DNA of 64,000 nucleotides from an uncultured bacterium (GTDB lineage Bacteria; Acidobacteriota; Thermoanaerobaculia; Multivoradales; JAHZIX01): NCBI GenBank assembly GCA_965368975.1, contig CBDUPA010000017.1, positions 86,325 to 150,324 of the forward strand, read 5' to 3'. Shown piece by piece: positions 60,101 to 64,000 of this stretch (position 1 is its first letter; each line of letters starts with the position of its first letter). The notes under the pieces were generated by a model. It saw only the letters and a program-made list of their open reading frames with translations, ran no database searches and was not told where the DNA came from. The position numbers and the translations under genes were made by a program.

Positions 60101-63100
60101 TTGACCCTGCTCGACGCCCCGGCGTCCCAGGGGGGCCAGCCTACGGCGGAGTACCTGGAAGCCTCCACCGTCTACTTCCACCTGATCGCCGATTCCGGCT
60201 TCTTCGGCAGCTTCGCCACCGTCGACGTCAGCGCCGATCTGAGTGGTGACTTCGAGCAGGTGCAGCTGATCAACATCAGCGGCGATCTCTACGTCGGCAC
60301 GCTGGAGCTGGACACCGCGTTCACGCCCACCAGCTACAACAACGTGCTGAGCACCGGCCAGGCCCCTGGCCCCTCTAGTTCAGAGCCGGTGACCTTCGAC
60401 ACCATCCGCGCCAGCTTCAACGATGGCAACGCCACCGTCGAAGCCACCGCGATCACGCTCGACATGCGCATCTGGATCGTCGACGGTCCGGGCGGCCCCA
60501 TAGTTGGTGACGTGGTGGCGGTCGACGAGGTGCCGGACGGCGGCCTGATCTGGATCCGCGCCGAGAACCAGATCGCCAACAACGCGGGCACGACCGAGCT
60601 GCTGTCCATCACCGTCCGCTCGCCGGACAGCGGCGACAGCGAGCCGATCGGCCTGAGTGAGATCTCGGCGCCGAGCGGCATCTACGAGGGCTCCGTGCAG
60701 CTCGATCCGATCGGCCTGCCGACCAGCGACCAGCAGCTGCAGGTGAGCGTCGGTCAGCGCGTCATCGCCGAGCGCCAGCAGAGCGGCTACTACAAGGCCA
60801 GCGCCGAAGCGACGGTGGTCGACGAGGTCGTCACCTTCCTGGACGCCGAAGGTCGCCCCAGCACCTCGGTGCTGGCCGGCGAACCGGTAAGCGTGCGTGT
60901 CACCAGCCGCCCGAGCAACTTCGATCCCAACTCGGCGGACGTCGCCTACGTCAACATCACGACCTTCTTCACCAACGACGAAGAGAGCCTGATGCTGACC
61001 GAGACGGGCGCCGACACCAGCGTCTTCGAGGGCGCCTTGCCCTCGGCCGTGACCTCGGCGACCACCTTCAACAACATCGTCGAGACCGACACCGGTACCG
61101 GCGATCCTGAGCGTCTGATCGCCGGCTATGGCCAGTTGACCGTTGAAGCCACGGTGGTGGAGGCGAGCGTCGACTTCGTCGATCTGCTCGGCCAGCCGGC
61201 CGACGATTACCACATGGAAGCGGTCATCTCGCTGCGCGTGCGCGATGCGGGCGCCGGCAGTCCGGGCTTCGTCGACACCGTCTTCATCGTGGTCGATGCT
61301 CCGAACGATAGTGAGTCCTTCCAGCTCACCGAGACCGGCGTCGACACCGGCGTCTTCGAAGGCTCGATCCCGAGCGTCACGGTGACTTCGTCCCCCGACG
61401 ACGGACAGTTGTGGACCGGAGCCGGTGACACCCTGCGCGCCACCTACGTGCGCAGCCCGTTCACCGTCATCGACACCGCCTGGGTCGATGCCTACCTGGC
61501 ACCCACGGCCGCCAGCGACAGCGCCACCACGATCGAAGAGGTCGCGGTCAACATCGACGTGCTGGCCAACGACTTCGGCATCGTGCTACCGCTCGACGTC
61601 ATCGCCGTCGGCAGCGCAACGGGCGGTAGCGTCTTGCTCGAAGCCGACGACACCGTCACCTACACCCCGGCCCCGGGCACCCTGGGCAGCGATTCCTTCA
61701 CCTACATCGTCGAGGACGTCTACGGCGGCCAGACCGAAGGCGTCGTCAACGTCACCATCGACCCGGCCAACCTGCCGCCGGTCGCGGTGGACGACAGCGT
61801 CTCGACGAATGAAGACACGGCGGTCAACATCGACGTGCTGGCCAACGACTCCGATCCGGATCTCGATCCGTTGGACTACGACACCCTGACCGCGCCGGCC
61901 AATGGCACGGCCTTTGTCGAGACGGATCTCACGATCACGTATACCCCGAACGCCGACTACAACGGCGTCGATAGCTTCACCTACACGATCCGCGATCCGT
62001 CCGGTGAAACATCGACGGCGACCGTCACGGTGACGGTCAATGCCGTCAACGACGCTCCGGTCGCGGTCAACGACAGCGCGACGACGAGTGAGGACACGGC
62101 GGTCAACGTCACGGTGAAGACCAACGACACGGATACCGAAGACGATCCGCTGGATGTGACTGCGGTGACGCAGGGCACGAACGGTTCGGTGGTGTTGAAC
62201 GCGGACGACACGGTGACCTACACACCGACCGCGGACTACAACGGTGCCGACTCGTTCACCTACACGGTGGATGACGGCAACGGTGGCACCGCGATCGGCA
62301 CGGTGAACGTGACGGTGACTGCCGTCAATGACGCTCCGACCGCCAACGCCGATGCAGCGACGGCGGCGGAGGACACCGCGGCGACATTCGCGGTGAAGAC
62401 GAACGACACCGACCCGGAGAACGATCCGCTCGACGTCACCTCGGTGACCCAGGGCACGAACGGTTCGGTGGTCCTGAACGCCGACGACACGGTGACCTAC
62501 ACGCCGAACGCGGACTACAACGGTTCGGACTCGTTCACCTACACGGTGGATGACGGCAACGGTGGCACGGCGATCGGTACCGTCAACGTGACGGTGACTT
62601 CGGTCAACGATGCCCCGACGGCCAACGCTGACGCAGCGACGACAGCCGAAGACACCGCTACGACGATCGGTGTGAAGAGCAACGACACCGATCCAGAAAG
62701 CGACCCACTGGACGTGACTGCCGTGACGCAGGGTACGAACGGCTCGGTGGTGTTGAACGGCGACGACACCGTGACCTATACGCCGAACGCTGACTACAGC
62801 GGTGCCGACTCGTTCACCTACACGGTGGATGATGGCAACGGTGGAACTGCAGTCGGTACGGTCAACGTGACGGTGACTTCGGTCAACGATGCCCCGACGG
62901 CCAACGCTGACGCAGCGACGACAGCCGAAGACACCGCTACGACGATCGGTGTGAAGAGCAACGACACCGATCCAGAAAGCGACCCACTGGACGTGACTGC
63001 GGTGACCCAGGGCGCGAACGGCTCGGTCATCTTGAACGGTGATGACACCGTCACCTACACGCCGAGCGCGGACTACAACGGTTCGGACTCGTTCACCTAC

Positions 63101-64000
63101 ACGGTTGATGACGGCAACGGTGGTACGGCCATCGGCACGGTGAACGTGACGGTGACTGCCGTCAACGATGCCCCGACGGCGAATGCCGACGCGGCGACGA
63201 CGGCGGAGGACACGGCGTCGACGTTCGCCGTCAAGTCGAACGACACGGACCCGGAGAACGATCCGCTCGACGTGACTGCGGTGACCCAGGGCGCGAACGG
63301 CTCGGTCATCTTGAACGGTGATGACACCGTCACCTACACGCCGAGCGCGGACTACAACGGTTCGGACTCGTTCACCTACACGGTTGATGACGGCAACGGT
63401 GGTACGGCCATCGGCACGGTGAACGTGACGGTGACTGCCGTCAACGATGCCCCGACGGCGAATGCCGACGCGGCGACGACGAACGAAGACACGGCGACGA
63501 CGTTCGCCGTCAAGGCCAACGATACCGACCCAGAAAGCGATCCGCTGGACGTCACAGCCGTGACGCAGGGCACGGACGGTTCGGTCGTGTTGAATGGTGA
63601 TGACACTGTGACGTACACGCCGAACGCGGATTACAGCGGCGCTGACTCCTTCACCTACACGGTTGATGACGGCAACGGTGGTACGGCCATCGGCACGGTG
63701 AACGTGACGGTGACTGCCGTCAACGATGCCCCGACGGCGAATGCCGACGCGGCGACGACGGCGGAGGACACGGCGTCGACGTTCGCGGTCAAGACGAACG
63801 ACACGGACCCGGAGAACGATCCGCTCGACGTCACAGCCGTGACGCAGGGCACGAACGGTTCCGTCGTGCTGAATGTGGACGACACGGTGACGTACACACC
63901 GACCGCGGACTACAACGGTTCGGACTCGTTCACCTACACGATCGGTGACGGCAACGGTGGTACGGCCATCGGCACGGTGAACGTGACGGTGACTGCCGTC
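51137..64000 (+). CDS. Giant secreted surface protein (>4288 aa): about 29 'ETGxxTGxFEG' Ig-like domains followed by cadherin-like/Big_9 (tandem-95) repeats; 3' end beyond window
   Basis: AAGGAG RBS, ATG 51137, signal peptide MSSIRRFALTFLLLTLLASFAATPADA; frame checked at 53942, 57782, 60362 and 63962; absent from the ORF track because it has no stop in the window. Confidence 0.88.
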   Translation, partial: MSSIRRFALTFLLLTLLASFAATPADAQSSTDFVDGYGDVTAVVPLGGTIYLRVSAPAADSPLQIDTIVVDVTTSGGDYEGPTLTETGYSTGIFEGTLSTDGGALTTSDGSISGAFGQTVDVIYYEVGGGTSTAQATLRGSVTRFVDADGQPADAVLEGSRARLQIEDYGVGSPSFPDSISVDLTVNLTGDFETVSLTETGDDTGIYEGGIDLRTEAALVSDGFAQTTVLAGPPVQVDTLTAMYYDNDIGSSDAIDTVGSRTEFIDAYGNVLGAGSTGNGVTAYAADGTVYVRVEDQNANTLGQWDTTSVIVRSLATGDSENLTLDETTRESGIFEGSLTLQSGAPSSGDDILQASIGEDIEAEHIDALGYTSSLDTASVVEVTLEFIDDVGVPTGTLLEGSVSRVRVRYADGNQNGGSIESYNVLLSSLYVGDQETVTVTETAPDSGVFEGAFQLVVTPSVHEDGALQTGSSGSPEYLYDAVNAQFDSGLGTFNASATMVGARVDFLDAFGRVSSVFAVGDDVRLRVTDYVRGVPSLIDTLLLDVTVPATGDYEGVTLTETGYGTGIYEGSIPSQEASGFATTSDGTIQSDLGNDVVAQYYPSTVPGTITTSARAAGAGIWFIDEAGQLASSYLENSRVYVRAFHAASNNPSFQDSLSVDVYSFLAGDFETVSLYETGQDTGIFEGSIDLRTDAAFSGDGFLQTTQSPGPPHEFETLSASFYDGVSVATTSATTLGSTTTWIDSFGGIPGAGSAGNGLKTYAVGETVYVRVEDQNANTLGQWDTTSVIVRSLTTGDSETLTLDETTRESGIFEGSIAMQHSGFANGGDGLLQAVEGEDVEAEHIDALGYTSSKDVAMVRGASITFVDDGALGAEGEPTQVLLESGTARVRVTSMAADFDNLTVDSVSVTVTAQYSGDSETLILTETDVSTGIFEGDLALTVQPSTVEDGQLQTSSSGPPEYGHDAVTATYVDVGGNETASATMVGARIAFVDASGAPADTFPVGHLLTIQVTDFSRNDDQMIDTMNVDLTVAATGDYEGVTLTETGYDTGVFLGQVATREASGFATTSDGTIQADIGNQVRLDYYPSTVPGTLSTVTTAVGATVLFIGDFGGEPASVFLEGSRTFVRVFHAASNNPSFPDSLSVDVYSFLAGDFESLTLSETGQDTGIFEGSIDLRTDIASSGDGFLQTTQSPGPPHEFETLEASFYDGNAVARASASTLGSRSYFLDGFGNVISTYAAGETVYLRVEDQNANTLGLWDTTSVIVRSLTTGDSENLTLLETTRESGLFEGSITMLHSAISNAGDGQLQAVEGESLEAEHIDALGYTSSKATAQVEDARLLFLDSAGAPTSTLLESGTARVQLLYLLGNLDPGTAESYTVDVSSLYQGDAETVTIVETGDDTGVFEGSIALTVQPSTLGDGQLQTGSSGPPEYGYDTVNAGFLVTSTVLVEASAQTVGAAVEFIDAYGRATSSFAAGDQVRLRVTDFSRNDAQMIDTMNVDLTVPATGDYEYVALTETGYDTGVFIGSVGSQEASGFSTVSDGTLQADIGDSVRADYYPSTVPGTLSVSAAFTGSSVLFIDQLGGAPADVFLEGSTAYVRVFHAASNNPSFPDTLSVDVYSFLAGDFESVFLSETGADTSTFEGSIDLRTDNASSGDGFLQTTQSPGPPHEFETLEASFYDGYAVSRDSASTLGSRTFFLDAYGGQAAIYAAGETVYVRVEDQNANTPGLWDTTSVIVRSLTTGDSETVTLTETTEVSGIFEGSIAMAETPTASAGDGQLQAVAGETLDAEHVDALGYTASSDQATVDANAVRFLDGPGGATTSVLLESSVAWLRVVDANANANGFGPEQVTVSVSSLYQGDSETVTLGETGDNTGVFEGSFQLTVQPSTLGDGQLQTSSSGPPEYGYDQVTADYSGGPGNASSATATLTGASLAFLDAFGAEVTTTPVGDLVRIRVTDYSRNDDQVIDTMNVDLTVPATGDYEYVALTETGYDTGVFEGSITSQEASGFSTTSDGTLQGDLGNAVRLDYYPSTVPGTLSLEVTLTGASVAFFDALVSEGGQPTEVYLEDSRAYIRVFHAASNDPFNVDSLSVDLYTKLSGDFETLTLSETSQDTGIFEGSIDLQYSGSFATSGDGQLQTSQAPVGSVEIFDTLTVNFYDGVAVTSDTARLTGSTTAFTDAYGNAVGSYPAGQTIHVEVESQSSNTQGLYDTVSVTVRGLNYGDSETVTLNETDPVSGIFRGSIAMNQDVVSAGNGALQALVSEILEVEFVDPQGNSASKDTAEVVNQSLVFIDGPGGLPTGTVLEGGVAWLRGFKSANNLYPDTVESVFIDVSSLFGGDFESIELIETGVDTATFEGSIQLTVGAGNFSGDGQLETGIGGAPEYPYDTVSGIYGDATATATTIGARVEFVDAFGNVSTSLTVDDLVRLRVVDHVRGSAGIVDTVNLDLAVPANSDYESVTLTETGTDTGIYEGGIASERASGFSTPSDGAVQINYGELAVATHYPSTAPGSVSAQAVAEGASIHFLDAPGGSPVTSYLQGSELTLRVFYAQANFDPTQLNTVSADVSANLTGDYESVTLTETGADTGVFEATLPMAVASSGTSLDGVLQTWQLAGPPVVGDTLSATFWGDFPQPVTATATTVGSSTTLIDGAGNSVDSYPTGGTLYVRVEDYAANTSPGADTTGVELTSAGAGDVETLILTETGASTGIFEGSIQLSDDTASPQNGVLQAWFGDVVTATHIETSGATSSDQATIVDTAVTFIDADGLPTTTVFEGDLARVRVFSAIDNYDAFTVDVFYASVESAAGGDFESVTLTETGPDTSTFEGSIQTDAFNVGFSGDDLLYVGQGSFAEGNDQLTLTGGYQTATAKTVGGNVQLIDAFGQDATVYAAGETVHVRVTDKNRDGEGLVDSFSVDLSSPESGDTESVTVTETGPNTGIFEGSLATSENFSSTDDGVLTVQVGGSVDVTHTFYFNGSASDNASIAGAKLTLLDAPASQGGQPTAEYLEASTVYFHLIADSGFFGSFATVDVSADLSGDFEQVQLINISGDLYVGTLELDTAFTPTSYNNVLSTGQAPGPSSSEPVTFDTIRASFNDGNATVEATAITLDMRIWIVDGPGGPIVGDVVAVDEVPDGGLIWIRAENQIANNAGTTELLSITVRSPDSGDSEPIGLSEISAPSGIYEGSVQLDPIGLPTSDQQLQVSVGQRVIAERQQSGYYKASAEATVVDEVVTFLDAEGRPSTSVLAGEPVSVRVTSRPSNFDPNSADVAYVNITTFFTNDEESLMLTETGADTSVFEGALPSAVTSATTFNNIVETDTGTGDPERLIAGYGQLTVEATVVEASVDFVDLLGQPADDYHMEAVISLRVRDAGAGSPGFVDTVFIVVDAPNDSESFQLTETGVDTGVFEGSIPSVTVTSSPDDGQLWTGAGDTLRATYVRSPFTVIDTAWVDAYLAPTAASDSATTIEEVAVNIDVLANDFGIVLPLDVIAVGSATGGSVLLEADDTVTYTPAPGTLGSDSFTYIVEDVYGGQTEGVVNVTIDPANLPPVAVDDSVSTNEDTAVNIDVLANDSDPDLDPLDYDTLTAPANGTAFVETDLTITYTPNADYNGVDSFTYTIRDPSGETSTATVTVTVNAVNDAPVAVNDSATTSEDTAVNVTVKTNDTDTEDDPLDVTAVTQGTNGSVVLNADDTVTYTPTADYNGADSFTYTVDDGNGGTAIGTVNVTVTAVNDAPTANADAATAAEDTAATFAVKTNDTDPENDPLDVTSVTQGTNGSVVLNADDTVTYTPNADYNGSDSFTYTVDDGNGGTAIGTVNVTVTSVNDAPTANADAATTAEDTATTIGVKSNDTDPESDPLDVTAVTQGTNGSVVLNGDDTVTYTPNADYSGADSFTYTVDDGNGGTAVGTVNVTVTSVNDAPTANADAATTAEDTATTIGVKSNDTDPESDPLDVTAVTQGANGSVILNGDDTVTYTPSADYNGSDSFTYTVDDGNGGTAIGTVNVTVTAVNDAPTANADAATTAEDTASTFAVKSNDTDPENDPLDVTAVTQGANGSVILNGDDTVTYTPSADYNGSDSFTYTVDDGNGGTAIGTVNVTVTAVNDAPTANADAATTNEDTATTFAVKANDTDPESDPLDVTAVTQGTDGSVVLNGDDTVTYTPNADYSGADSFTYTVDDGNGGTAIGTVNVTVTAVNDAPTANADAATTAEDTASTFAVKTNDTDPENDPLDVTAVTQGTNGSVVLNVDDTVTYTPTADYNGSDSFTYTIGDGNGGTAIGTVNVTVTAV
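52019..59147 (+). repeat. About 1.42-kb four-domain super-repeat x5 within the giant CDS
   Basis: The VEDQNANT-type anchor recurs at 52019, 53453, 54881, 56297, 57734 and 59147 (periods 1413-1437 bp). Confidence 0.85.
61500..64000 (+). repeat. 279-bp (93-aa) coding tandem repeats, about 9 copies (NDAPTA..D...EDT....NDTDPE.DPL...GSV......YTP.ADYNG.DSFTYTV.DG)
   Basis: Exact 279-bp periodicity (shadow ORFs at 61981, 62260, 62539, 62818, 63097, 63376, 63655); neighbouring units are nearly identical. Confidence 0.92.

Noticed and set aside
51726-63897. Many minus-strand ORFs, including periodic 76-80 aa ORFs
   Set aside because: Shadows of the giant plus-strand CDS; their periodicity mirrors its coding repeats.
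61500-64000. Possible CRISPR array or non-coding repeat
   Set aside because: The 279-bp units are in-frame protein domains with no repeat-spacer structure, and no cas genes are present.

Overview
GC-rich (roughly 65-70% by eye) bacterial chromosome segment; the gene repertoire (ECF sigma/Ser-Thr kinase pair, CRTAC1/FG-GAP protein, matrixin, giant Ig-repeat protein) suggests Acidobacteriota, which is an inference. Two large genes are missing from the ORF track because they run off the window edges: a >666-aa minus-strand gene (ATG 1998 to <1) made of about five tandem SPFH/Band-7-like modules, and a >4288-aa secreted repeat protein (51137 to >64000). The most notable locus is a low-GC island (1 to ~6100) with a tightly coupled operon: CHAT (caspase-like) protease -> degenerate STAND-like NTPase/helical-repeat protein -> tandem-SPFH protein. 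The protease C-terminus and the STAND-like protein's N-terminal region share a 12-residue Q-rich motif (VQQQFVASRQNF / IQQQFIASVQRF) conserved at protein but not codon level, the layout expected for amyloid-type homotypic signalling in a defence or cell-death system. The rest includes MiaE, metalloproteases, VapBC and decayed toxin-antitoxin loci, MltA, tandem PPK2 genes facing a Na/Pi cotransporter and USP, an S9 peptidase, a REP doublet, a CusA-like RND pump, a hydroxyproline-catabolism operon with an extra amidinotransferase-family gene, NhaA, a GNAT-cNMP fusion and an ECF-kinase pair. No rRNA, tRNA, CRISPR array, integrase or transposase was recognised. All calls are by manual motif reading; no database search was run.
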